This document shows, in pieces, positions 7,942 to 17,397 of a stretch of 31,722 bases of DNA. Under the pieces are notes generated by a model. That model was not told where the DNA came from and did no database searches. It saw only the letters and a program-made list of their open reading frames with translations. This stretch comes from Candidatus Heimdallarchaeota archaeon (GTDB lineage: Archaea > Asgardarchaeota > Heimdallarchaeia > Hodarchaeales > Hodarchaeaceae), in the NCBI GenBank assembly GCA_048881705.1, contig JBHLSH010000045.1:1-31722 (forward strand). The letters run 5' to 3'. The position numbers were made by a program, and so were the translations under genes. Numbering within the stretch: position 1 is the first letter of the stretch; each line of letters begins with the position of its first letter.

Positions 7942-9783
7942 TCATTCCTGAGTATCATATATTGGAAGAGACAGGTAAAAAGTTGTCCCCTTTGGTAAAT
8001 TCTCTTCATACCAGAGTTTACCTTGATATGCACGGACGATATTATATGATATTGACAAGCCAAATCCACTCCCTCGTTTTTCAGGTGGTCCAATGGCTGC
8101 AAACGGTTTGAAGATTTCGTCTTGACCGTTTTGTGGTATCCCGGGGCCAGAATCGCTAATCCTAAATAACCACTCTCGTGGGTTCTCTTGTTTTCTTATC
8201 TCTACCTCTATAGTTCCCCCATTCGGGCTGAATTTAATCGCATTGTCCAATAGGTTTCGAAGGACACTATTAATTCTATAATCTGCTAGAACTAAGAATT
8301 CCCCTTGATCTGACGGCCATTTTTCTTCAAGTTGGAGCTCCTTTTTCTGCAACTCTACATTATAGGTTCTTTTTATGACGCCAAATTCCTTTTGGAGGTT
8401 CATGGGTTTTAATTCTAGCTCGCTATAATCATGTGTGTCAAGGGTAATAACATATTCCAGGGTATGATCAATGATTTCTTCCATTTCTCGGGCTCGAAAT
8501 GCTATAGATTCAAGATAACGTTCAGATTCAAATGAAGTATTCGCATCTGCAAGGTTAGAACTCAATAAATCGGTGAAACCTCGGATTACATGTATTGAAT
8601 TTTTTAAATCATGAGAAATGATGTTCAAAAGGCTTTGCCTGAATTCATTGCTTGTTTTTAGGAGGTTAGTAACCTCTCGTTCTGATGTGATGTCCTGAAT
8701 GAGATATATGAAACCAATGTGATTGTCACCCTCGTGAAGCGCTTCTATGAGTATCCGAAAAGAACTCCTACGAGATTGATCCGGCAGGGTTCCCTCGATT
8801 TCTAAACTGATTTTTTTCTCCGGATCCCTAGAAAGGGCTACCAAACGCTTTTCAATGTCCTGAATTTGGTCAAGATAGGGAGTTAGGGTTCTCTGTTTAC
8901 TAAGAAACGAGAAAAAATTCATTCCTATGGAAGTCTCGCGAGATCCAGTAAAAAACGGATCAGCGATATAGGTCCAACCTTGCGGATTTACATCGATTAT
9001 CCGATGATCTAGGGTAGTGATTATTATACCCAGATTTGTTGTTCTAAATATCAGATTGTGTGCTGCGGGCAGAATTCCCAATAAATCGAAATTGTACATA
9101 CCGATTAGGAAGATCGAAGCAAAAACCATGAATGTTAATGGTGTTATATTTAGGTAAATGGAGAAAGGGAATAATTCGATTATATCAATCATTAGACCGG
9201 TCAATATAGCTGACACAGAAGCTAGAAAAGTAATAACTTGCTTTTTATAGAGAGGATGCGGGTTTAAGAAGTAGGACCGTGCAACCATAAACACCGCAAC
9301 TAATACAAATGACGCAGATATTATTATGTGCGCCCAAAGGAACGGACCAGGGCTGTATGTCAGTGAAGGAAATGCAGCCGCGTCGAAAAGCTCAATATGG
9401 TCAAAAATCAATTCATGTGATGAATTTGTCAGAACCAGAATGTAAATAAATGTTCCTGGGAAGAACAACGGAACAAGCCGTTTACTATTGACAAAAAAAT
9501 ACTCGGCATAATGAGTAAAGGATAAACTGAACAAGAAAAAGAAAACGGGGAGGTACATGATACTGAAATATTGAACATACAACCAGAAAACCATAGTCGA
9601 ATAATCTACAGCCAAAATCTCGAAAATATAACCAATTCCCCACCACGAGGCGGCACCGGTCATTAAGACGAACATATAATTGGTTCTGGTGCCGGGGTAA
9701 AAAGCAAAGACATAGAGTGTCAATAAACTTACGACGATTGCAGATAGAATATAAGGAATAACTGCCAACGTGAATTCATACAC
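7942..9783 (-). CDS. Sensor histidine kinase: HisKA_7TM-type membrane domain + PAS + HisKA + HATPase_c
   Basis: About 7 TM segments, PAS start GIIITTLDHRIIDVN, H-box SHDLKN, N-box NLLDNAIKF, G1 DSGPGIP, F-box IFKPF, G2 GSGFGLSI. Confidence 0.93.
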   Translation of the reverse strand: MYEFTLAVIPYILSAIVVSLLTLYVFAFYPGTRTNYMFVLMTGAASWWGIGYIFEILAVDYSTMVFWLYVQYFSIMYLPVFFFLFSLSFTHYAEYFFVNSKRLVPLFFPGTFIYILVLTNSSHELIFDHIELFDAAAFPSLTYSPGPFLWAHIIISASFVLVAVFMVARSYFLNPHPLYKKQVITFLASVSAILTGLMIDIIELFPFSIYLNITPLTFMVFASIFLIGMYNFDLLGILPAAHNLIFRTTNLGIIITTLDHRIIDVNPQGWTYIADPFFTGSRETSIGMNFFSFLSKQRTLTPYLDQIQDIEKRLVALSRDPEKKISLEIEGTLPDQSRRSSFRILIEALHEGDNHIGFIYLIQDITSEREVTNLLKTSNEFRQSLLNIISHDLKNSIHVIRGFTDLLSSNLADANTSFESERYLESIAFRAREMEEIIDHTLEYVITLDTHDYSELELKPMNLQKEFGVIKRTYNVELQKKELQLEEKWPSDQGEFLVLADYRINSVLRNLLDNAIKFSPNGGTIEVEIRKQENPREWLFRISDSGPGIPQNGQDEIFKPFAAIGPPEKRGSGFGLSISYNIVRAYQGKLWYEENLPKGTTFYLSLPIYDTQE

Positions 9784-10009
9784 TCAGATCAGTCTCCTAG
9801 GGTATCCATGCGTGTTTTTCAAGAACTCCGATCGATCTATGATGAAAATGGATCATTACTGAGGATATCTCCAAAATACCGCAAGCATCTTGCTTGATTA
9901 AATACTGCAGGCGCAGCATTAGGTAAGTAAAACTTCAGAGATGCCATAACTTTCGACATTCACATTACAATGAATCTGTGCAAAATAGACGGATACTTGA
10001 TGGATCACA

Positions 10010-11890
10010 TCATTCTTTAATATTTGGGATCCCGGGTATTTCGCAAATGAAAATAGAACCAACAGGTTGGTTGTCCTGCACCCAAACTTTACCGTTGAAT
10101 GATTCAATAATTTCTTGTACTATTGTTAAACCGAGACCAGTTCCGATTTTCGTTTTAGAATCACTGAAGGTCGTGAAAGGTTTGAAGATTTCTTCCTTTA
10201 ATGTGTCAGGTACACCTGGCCCTTGATCTGAAAAGTTAATACGCCAAATTTCTGGAAACTTGATGACTTCGATCTTAATTTCGCCATTAGACGGTGAAAA
10301 TTTGACGGAATTATGAAGAAGGTTGAGGAAAGCACTCTTTAAAGCAAAGTTTGCGGGTACAAGTGCTAAATCTCTTTCAGGAGGCTCGAAAACAACATTT
10401 AGTCTTTTCTCTGTAATCTCGGGTTCTAATTCCTTTAGTACTTGAAAAAGTAATACGGATACATCCACCGAGATTATCTCCTGTGATTTGATATCTGAAT
10501 CAATTTTGAGCCATTTAGTTACATCTTCAATAAGGTTCATTGTAGTAATTGTTTTTGCTTCGATTGCTGCCAAACTCGTTTTGATATCAGAAACATCTTG
10601 TGAGGAATTTCTCAAGGATGCCCTGGCAAGCTCAGAATATCCACTCATCGTCATTAAATGATTCTTCAGGTCGTGAGACAGAAGTTTGAGGATTGTTCCT
10701 GTAAGCTTTTGCTTCTTTTGAAGACTTGTTTCTGCTCTTTTTCTGTCCGTGACGTCACGTAGAATTACCAAAAACCCTAGAAGTTTGTCTTTCCTTCTCA
10801 AACCCGTTGCTAGGAGATCATAGTATCGATTTTCAAGACCAGTGACCTTATGCGGGCTTCTAAGCAGGATTTCTGTACTGCTCACTATTGTTTCTCCAGC
10901 CTCAATCTGCTCTATACCAATCTGAAATAGTGTAGCATAGTAGGCGCGCTCCTGAGCTGCTTCCTTTAACACAGAGACGATGTGCTTTCCATATATTTCC
11001 TGAGGTTGATGTTTGGGGGCAAGAATACGGTATCCTGCTGTATTTAGGTCTATAATTCGCCAATCCTGATCCAGAACAAGCAGTCCGTCCAAAACCTCCT
11101 CGAAAACATAGTTACGGGCAATGGGCGCAATATCAAGGAATCCTGTCTCAAAAATAGCGTACGCAAACAGAATATAAGCAATTACAAACATTATAGGCGT
11201 TAGATCAATAAAAGCTATTGGTGGAATGAGGTTAGTAACTCGAATGATATTGCCAGCGAATGGAAAAAGAAGTCCGGAGAACACAATTAGTATTTGTTTT
11301 TGATAAAGATAATTGACCGCCTTTCTTCTCTGTTCCATGTAAGCCTGGATAAGGAATACCAATCCAGCTATTAATAGAGCATAAGAATAAAGCGTATGAG
11401 AATAAAAAACAATTCCATAATTATGTTCTATTGATACGAAATCTGGAGTTGTTATTAGTTGAGATTGGAGATAAAACATGTTGTGGATATCATTAGTGAC
11501 TAAAACTAGATAATGGATTAGGGGAGGAAGGAATAGGAGCCAAAGAAGTGGCTTCGTGACAGGGTTTCCTCGTTTAGCAAATACAAACACAAAAAAAAGA
11601 AAAAGAGGGGGAACTGCTGTAATTCCAATATATTCAATAAATATCCACATAAACTTGGTTGGAAGGTCGGTTGCCGCAAATTCGAGGGTATACCCTCCGC
11701 ACCAAATCGCGGTAGAAATGACCAATGCTATGAAATAACCGGAATACATTGATCGGGGTCTAAAGAAAAGTGAGTAAAATAAAAGAAAAATCGCACAGGC
11801 TGTTACAACAGCCAATACTAATACGAATACGGAGATCTGATAACCCAAAGTTTTACCCCGTTTCGTTACTCCGCCATGAAGAGTAACCAT
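10010..11890 (-). CDS. Sensor histidine kinase: HisKA_7TM-type membrane domain + PAS + HisKA + HATPase_c (paralogue of the neighbour)
   Basis: About 7 TM segments, DGLLVLDQDWRIIDLN, H-box SHDLKN, NLLHNSVKF, DQGPGVP, IFKPF, GTGLGLTI. Confidence 0.93.
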   Translation of the reverse strand: MVTLHGGVTKRGKTLGYQISVFVLVLAVVTACAIFLLFYSLFFRPRSMYSGYFIALVISTAIWCGGYTLEFAATDLPTKFMWIFIEYIGITAVPPLFLFFVFVFAKRGNPVTKPLLWLLFLPPLIHYLVLVTNDIHNMFYLQSQLITTPDFVSIEHNYGIVFYSHTLYSYALLIAGLVFLIQAYMEQRRKAVNYLYQKQILIVFSGLLFPFAGNIIRVTNLIPPIAFIDLTPIMFVIAYILFAYAIFETGFLDIAPIARNYVFEEVLDGLLVLDQDWRIIDLNTAGYRILAPKHQPQEIYGKHIVSVLKEAAQERAYYATLFQIGIEQIEAGETIVSSTEILLRSPHKVTGLENRYYDLLATGLRRKDKLLGFLVILRDVTDRKRAETSLQKKQKLTGTILKLLSHDLKNHLMTMSGYSELARASLRNSSQDVSDIKTSLAAIEAKTITTMNLIEDVTKWLKIDSDIKSQEIISVDVSVLLFQVLKELEPEITEKRLNVVFEPPERDLALVPANFALKSAFLNLLHNSVKFSPSNGEIKIEVIKFPEIWRINFSDQGPGVPDTLKEEIFKPFTTFSDSKTKIGTGLGLTIVQEIIESFNGKVWVQDNQPVGSIFICEIPGIPNIKE

Positions 11891-12037
11891 TCACTTTTGA
11901 TAAACTAAACCTAAGGTATCAATTAAATATTTGCATTTATTCTTGTCCTGACATTTTGTTACGCAAGTTTCAATTGGAGAAAAGATAATCAAGCGGAGGA
12001 ACAGCTCTTGCCAAGGTAGCTTACCAGGAAGGGTTTA

Positions 12038-12742
12038 TTGAAGATGTTAATCTCGTATCTCGCGCTATATGGGTTCCTTGCACTCATTTCAATTCTCGTA
12101 AAGAGTGTTAAATCCGGTGAGGTAGTAATTGACAATGTTATGCTTCGAAAATTGACTAAGATTAGGGTTCTGCTGAAAATGATGCCTACTGGTTTGGCGG
12201 CTATTTTTGCGTATTTTTGGATAACGAATAATCCTTTCTATCAGCTTGGCCTGGCTGGTGCGTTAATTTTTTGCTTCTTTGGCGACTTTGGTATCGATAA
12301 ACATTTCTTATTGGGATTTGGGCTTTTTTTTGTGGCTCAATTAATGTTCGCGGTAACCTTCTTGGTTGAAGCATTCACTCTCGTGATTCCTGTCCATCTT
12401 ACTATTCCTGGCGTCATCTTTACTGTATTGGTTCTGTTATATATGGTTATTTATCTCAATTACCTTCGATCATCGCCCTCAGGACTTGGAAATTACCTTA
12501 TTCCTGTCATATTATATTGTATTGGAATTAGCTGTATGTTGGTATCTTCGTTTCTCCTTTGGTTGAGTTTAAACGAACTTTATGCTGGATTTATTGTGCT
12601 GGGGGCCATTTCTTTTGTCATTTCCGATTCATTTTTGGGGATCCATCGTTTTCATCATGAAATCAAGTGGCGGGAATTCAAAGTCACTAGCACCTATTAT
12701 CTCGCATTACTTCTACTAAGTTTGAGCGCAATTTATGTATAA
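12038..12742 (+). CDS. YhhN/TMEM86 (lysoplasmalogenase-like) membrane hydrolase; start uncertain (12038, 12044 or 12140)
   Basis: Multi-TM protein with family motifs ALIFCFFGD, GFGLFFVAQ, VILYCIGI, GAISFVISDSFLG and TYYLAL. Confidence 0.85.
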   Translation: MKMLISYLALYGFLALISILVKSVKSGEVVIDNVMLRKLTKIRVLLKMMPTGLAAIFAYFWITNNPFYQLGLAGALIFCFFGDFGIDKHFLLGFGLFFVAQLMFAVTFLVEAFTLVIPVHLTIPGVIFTVLVLLYMVIYLNYLRSSPSGLGNYLIPVILYCIGISCMLVSSFLLWLSLNELYAGFIVLGAISFVISDSFLGIHRFHHEIKWREFKVTSTYYLALLLLSLSAIYV

Positions 12743-12834
12743 TCTCAGTGAAGCCCAAATTTCTTGGATCGGAAAAAAAAATAATTGTAACGAGAAGGAA
12801 AGGTAGCATAAAGATATAGAGGATCGGTGCACCT

Positions 12835-15800
12835 ATGGCTACATTTGATGCTTCTGGGCAAAGAACGGCAATAAAGGGTCATTCAGTTGAGTTAGATGAA
12901 TTAGTTTCTAGCTTAAATACAGATAAAGATAATGGGCTTACCAATGATGAAGCGACGCGTCGTCTCGAGGAGTTTGGCCTCAATGAGATTCCGAAACCTC
13001 AACAGTCATTTTGGCAGGTGTATCTAGCCCCCCTACTCAACACTCTTATTGTGGTTTATCTTGCTATGACCACTGTAATCTGCTTACTGGCTTTGATTTA
13101 CCTGCTTATTAATCCCAAGGACACTTCAATTTGGTGGACCGCTCTGCAATGGTTGATTATTGTTGCGATCAATTTCGGAATTGCAATTGTTCAGCAGGCA
13201 CGGGCACAAAAAAAGATCGAAGCGCTCCAAAAGCTAGCAGCACCTGAAGCAAGAGTAATCAGAGAGGGAAAAGAGTCCGAGATTGATACAATATACCTGG
13301 TTCCGGGTGACGTCGTTAAAATCGCCCAGGGCGATAAGATACCTGCTGATTGCAGGATATTACGATCCAGTTCATTAAGGATTAATGAAGCGAGCTTAAC
13401 GGGAGAAAGTGTTCCAAGTACTAAGGTTGAAACTGGTGATCAAACTTTTCCAGAGGATACACCAATAGGATCCCGTAAAAACATGGTATATAATGGCACA
13501 TTTGTTACGATGGGATCGGGCATCTGTATCGCGGTTAATACGGGAGGAAACACCGAATTCGGAAAGATAAGCCGGGAACTAGAAGAATTAAATACCGGAG
13601 ACATACCCATTAGGGCGAAAGTTAACGTAATCGGGAATTATCTAACTTTTGGCATGCTGATCGTGTTTAGCTTATTATTGATATATCAAACGACTCTTAT
13701 ATTAGATAATATCAAATCTGGCGTCTATGGGACAGAATTGGAATTATTAGGAGACGTTATATTCCAGATAAGCAATATGATAATTAAAGCCATGAGTGTT
13801 GTCCCCATCAACATACCATTACTGACTACTATCGTTCTCCTTACAGGGGTATTGGCCATGGCGAAGCGTAACGTGATTATTCGCAATTTGGCAGCTATAG
13901 AGAGCCTCGGACGCATTTCAATCCTATGTAGCGACAAAACCGGCACCATAACGACAGGACAAATGACAATTCAGCGTTTATGGGATGCAAATGAAGATAA
14001 ATTCTATCAAATCACTGGAATAGGGTATGCACCAGAAGGAAGCATCATTCCTCTTCCCAAATCAAAAACAGAACTTGAAAAACATGAATCAGAGAAACTA
14101 GACCCCGTAATCGTTGATCCGGATTCCTCATTGGGTTTCTTGATAATTAGTGGTATGCTTAACAACGATTCAGAAATTGTCTCAGAAAAAGTGGGAGATA
14201 TCCTAGCATACTCTGGAACAGGTTCTCCTACCGAATCTGCCCTCCTAGCATTATTTAATAAAACTGGACTTTCAAAAGATAGTATTTTGAGGGAATTTCA
14301 CCTTATACGCGAGTACCCGTTTGATTCAAGTCTGAAAAGGATGTCTAAGGTCTTCAAGGTAGATGAAAAAAAACAGCATCTTGTTTTCTGCAAAGGGGCA
14401 ACCGAGGTGGTCCTTGAAAAGTGTCAAAAACTGGGTTATGCAGCTCAGGCACGTCCCCTTAAACCTAAGGATCGAAAGAAGATTCTAGGCCACATGGAAG
14501 AGCTAGCTGCCCAAGGATTTCGTGTATTATCTTTAACATACAAAGAAGTAACCGAGCTACCAGCTAAGAGTGATGAAGAAAGAGATTTAATAGAGGACGG
14601 ACTTTCATACCTTGGATTTGTTTCAATCCTAGATCCACCTAGGGAGCGGGTCAATTATTCTGTGGTGGAAACCATTAGTGCCGGAATAACGCCAATTATG
14701 ATTACGGGGGACTCTTCTACCACAGCACAAGCAATCGCAACAGAAATTGGAATGCTGTCCCAACCACACCATCAGATTCATGAAGGACACGAGGCTGATG
14801 ATCTAAATGAAACAGATTTCTTCGATACGCGAGTATTTGCCCGTGTGGCACCAAAAGACAAGCAGATTATAGTTGAACGATATCAGGATAACACGCGCGT
14901 CGTTGCAATGACAGGAGATGGAGTAAATGATGCCTTGGCATTATCCATGTCGGACGCGGGGATTGCTATGGGAATATCCGGCACAGAGGTTTCAAAACAA
15001 GCAGCAGATCTTGTAATCGCAGATGACAGCTTTAATTCGATTGTCACCGGAATCCGTGAAGGACGGGCCCTCTTTCAACGCATACGTGTGATAATTTTCT
15101 TCTACATCTGTGTAAATTTGGCAGAAGCAGCAGCGTATATCGGGTCAACCTTTGTTTCTGGTTTTATTCAGGGATTTGAACTTATGGATACTCTCCAACG
15201 GGCTTACATCTTTGGAATTGCACACACCTTTCCTCCATTGGCTTTAATCTTTGATAAAATCCCACGCGACATAATGGATCGCGATCCAATTGATAGCGCA
15301 GGAATTTTTAATAAGAAACTAGCAGCGACAATGCTCATCACATCTATCACGCTTGCCATTAGCATTTATTTCTTCTATTTTACCGCATTCTTTGGTTTCA
15401 TTCCAGTTAATGCCACCAATATGAGTGGATATGTACCACTTTTTCAAACGGATCCTGAATGGATTGCTACACCGACCATTCGCAAACTTGCACCCATGAC
15501 ATGGGAACATGCAAAAGCGCGAACATTTATGCATACGATCCTTTATCTAGCCATACCCCTAATTGTCTTATCAATACGCCGAGTAGATAAATCACTGTTT
15601 GATGCAATTAGGGAAGATTCTTGGTGGCCGACATACATTTTTGTATTTGCGATCATCCCTTTCCATATGTTTCTGATGTATTTCCCCGTTATCCAAGAAA
15701 TTCTAAGTCCACTATCATTTTATGTAGATGTCATTGCCCTAGACCTATTAGATTGGATAATTTGCCTCATAGCAGCTCTAATTCCAGTAATCGTGCTAGA

Positions 15801-15843
15801 AACTGCGAAGTGGCTGGTACGGGCTAGTGGAAAATACTATTAA
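12835..15843 (+). CDS. P-type ATPase, P2 (SERCA-like) scaffold with atypical ion-binding site; substrate unknown
   Basis: TGES, DKTGT (D367), FDSSLKRMS, KGATE, DPPR, MITGD, FARVAPKDK, MTGDGVNDA; 10-TM layout; M4 motif PINIP. Confidence 0.95.
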   Translation: MATFDASGQRTAIKGHSVELDELVSSLNTDKDNGLTNDEATRRLEEFGLNEIPKPQQSFWQVYLAPLLNTLIVVYLAMTTVICLLALIYLLINPKDTSIWWTALQWLIIVAINFGIAIVQQARAQKKIEALQKLAAPEARVIREGKESEIDTIYLVPGDVVKIAQGDKIPADCRILRSSSLRINEASLTGESVPSTKVETGDQTFPEDTPIGSRKNMVYNGTFVTMGSGICIAVNTGGNTEFGKISRELEELNTGDIPIRAKVNVIGNYLTFGMLIVFSLLLIYQTTLILDNIKSGVYGTELELLGDVIFQISNMIIKAMSVVPINIPLLTTIVLLTGVLAMAKRNVIIRNLAAIESLGRISILCSDKTGTITTGQMTIQRLWDANEDKFYQITGIGYAPEGSIIPLPKSKTELEKHESEKLDPVIVDPDSSLGFLIISGMLNNDSEIVSEKVGDILAYSGTGSPTESALLALFNKTGLSKDSILREFHLIREYPFDSSLKRMSKVFKVDEKKQHLVFCKGATEVVLEKCQKLGYAAQARPLKPKDRKKILGHMEELAAQGFRVLSLTYKEVTELPAKSDEERDLIEDGLSYLGFVSILDPPRERVNYSVVETISAGITPIMITGDSSTTAQAIATEIGMLSQPHHQIHEGHEADDLNETDFFDTRVFARVAPKDKQIIVERYQDNTRVVAMTGDGVNDALALSMSDAGIAMGISGTEVSKQAADLVIADDSFNSIVTGIREGRALFQRIRVIIFFYICVNLAEAAAYIGSTFVSGFIQGFELMDTLQRAYIFGIAHTFPPLALIFDKIPRDIMDRDPIDSAGIFNKKLAATMLITSITLAISIYFFYFTAFFGFIPVNATNMSGYVPLFQTDPEWIATPTIRKLAPMTWEHAKARTFMHTILYLAIPLIVLSIRRVDKSLFDAIREDSWWPTYIFVFAIIPFHMFLMYFPVIQEILSPLSFYVDVIALDLLDWIICLIAALIPVIVLETAKWLVRASGKYY

Positions 15844-15863
15844 GGATCTTAAATTAGATAATC

Positions 15864-16766
15864 TTATGGTATTAGTTCTGGAAAAAACTGGCTAATAATC
15901 CAATCTCCAACTGGAGGGTGCCGATGTATTGCAGGCCGCCAAATCATTTTAGATTCAATCATATCCCATGGTACATCCAGATTGTCCAGAATTGCCCTCT
16001 GTGCAAACTGACTTAGCCGTTTTAACGTGTTATCAAATGGATATGTCATGTGATCGCAAGGGAACTCTTTCTGCTTCAGATTCAGGCTTTTGGGGGTGTT
16101 AGCCAATGGGAGGGAAGAGGAGGTTATGGGGACAATCCAATCGTATCTTCCAATCGCGTTCAACCAGTGGAGATTTGGGTTCAAAATTGGATCCTGATTC
16201 AAGCGCGATAATAATTGGCTCTTTGGCGTGAGCTGAAAAAAACCAAGGCCCAAATCAGGGGGTACCCGTTCCTTGCTTAAAACCTGTTGAACAGAATTGA
16301 AAAATTCCTCCATTTTAGAGCGATTTCCCCGTGTTATCCCTTGATTCGGAACCGTAAGTAGCACGATTCCAAATATCATCTCTTCTATTCTCGTTAGCTC
16401 CCTCGAATGCTGGAAATTTGGGCTGGTCATGACCCGGGTGATTATCCCTCCCATACTGTGAGATATAATGGTAACCTTTTGCTGGCTTTCTTCGAATACT
16501 AATTCGAGTGAGGTTAATAAATCATTTTCTGCAAGATCGATAATATTGGCATACACGGCATTGCTAAGTGTAAGGCTCCAGCAGTCGATTCCCTTCAAAC
16601 TCAAGTAATTACCTAAAGAATCTTCATAGCGAAACCAAACCTCCCCTGAACTTCCAAAGCCGTGGATAAAGAGGACGGGTGGGCCTTTAGAAAAAGGATT
16701 GTGATGAACGAGCCTTGCGATGCCAAAATCGGTCTTGATCCGATATAGAACAGTATCTAGGGACAT
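15864..16766 (-). CDS. Alpha/beta-hydrolase, lipase/esterase-like
   Basis: Oxyanion motif FIHGFGSS, nucleophile elbow SHSMGG, acid in GRYDWIVP, candidate catalytic His in CDHM. Confidence 0.88.
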   Translation of the reverse strand: MSLDTVLYRIKTDFGIARLVHHNPFSKGPPVLFIHGFGSSGEVWFRYEDSLGNYLSLKGIDCWSLTLSNAVYANIIDLAENDLLTSLELVFEESQQKVTIISHSMGGIITRVMTSPNFQHSRELTRIEEMIFGIVLLTVPNQGITRGNRSKMEEFFNSVQQVLSKERVPPDLGLGFFQLTPKSQLLSRLNQDPILNPNLHWLNAIGRYDWIVPITSSSLPLANTPKSLNLKQKEFPCDHMTYPFDNTLKRLSQFAQRAILDNLDVPWDMIESKMIWRPAIHRHPPVGDWIISQFFPELIP

Positions 16767-16858
16767 TTTTTACCCAGGAATATGCCTTTTTTCCTTATTG
16801 GGCGTGATTGTCATTACTCCTGCTCCCCTAATATAGATATTCGGAAGTAGGTAATGAA

Positions 16859-17347
16859 TCAGAACAGCTTTGGCGGCCATAATCGGAACCATACTAGTCC
16901 CAAAATGCTTGGTCCCTTGATGGTTCCCAATTCCCGGCTATCTGTACTGTACGGCAGGTTATCTCCCAATAAAAAGTAAGAATCCTCCTCAACCTGGAAT
17001 TTCATTTCATGATGAGGGTTGGAGCGACTTGAGGAAAGAATTATATTTGTTCTAGCCGCTTGAATTCTTATTTCTTTCTTATCCATATAAATATATTCCC
17101 CAGGGAGACCCATTACGCGTTTTATTAAGATTTTGGATCCAGTGTTGGAATGATGGAACCCAACTATCAGCATCCTTTCTATAGGATTGGTTTTGAAATA
17201 ATTCAAATCCATTAGAACATATTGGTCAGCAAGGATTGCTGGCTCCATTGAATGGCCATGGATCCGAAGCCATTTCCCTCTAAGTCGCCCAGTGGCAAGT
17301 CTAATAAACGCATCTTTGAGCTTATTACGACCCTTAATTCGTAGCAT
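16859..17347 (-). CDS. sodX: S26-family peptidase, nickel-SOD maturation protease SodX
   Basis: Ser/Lys dyad motifs GHSMEP and LIKRV plus GDN..STDSR. No N-terminal TM anchor. Lies immediately downstream of sodN. Confidence 0.85.
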   Translation of the reverse strand: MLRIKGRNKLKDAFIRLATGRLRGKWLRIHGHSMEPAILADQYVLMDLNYFKTNPIERMLIVGFHHSNTGSKILIKRVMGLPGEYIYMDKKEIRIQAARTNIILSSSRSNPHHEMKFQVEEDSYFLLGDNLPYSTDSRELGTIKGPSILGLVWFRLWPPKLF

Positions 17348-17397
17348 CCCGATGAGATAAAGTTTAAGTATAAAAAATGAAAAAAAAGGCTATTTTG

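Noticed and set aside
12835-15843. Outright call as a P4 flippase, SERCA Ca2+ pump or P3A proton pump
   Set aside because: P4 hallmarks (DGET, M5 Lys, CDC50) are absent, Ca2+ site ligands in M4/M6 are absent, and the P3A M6 Asp is His. It is left as substrate unknown.
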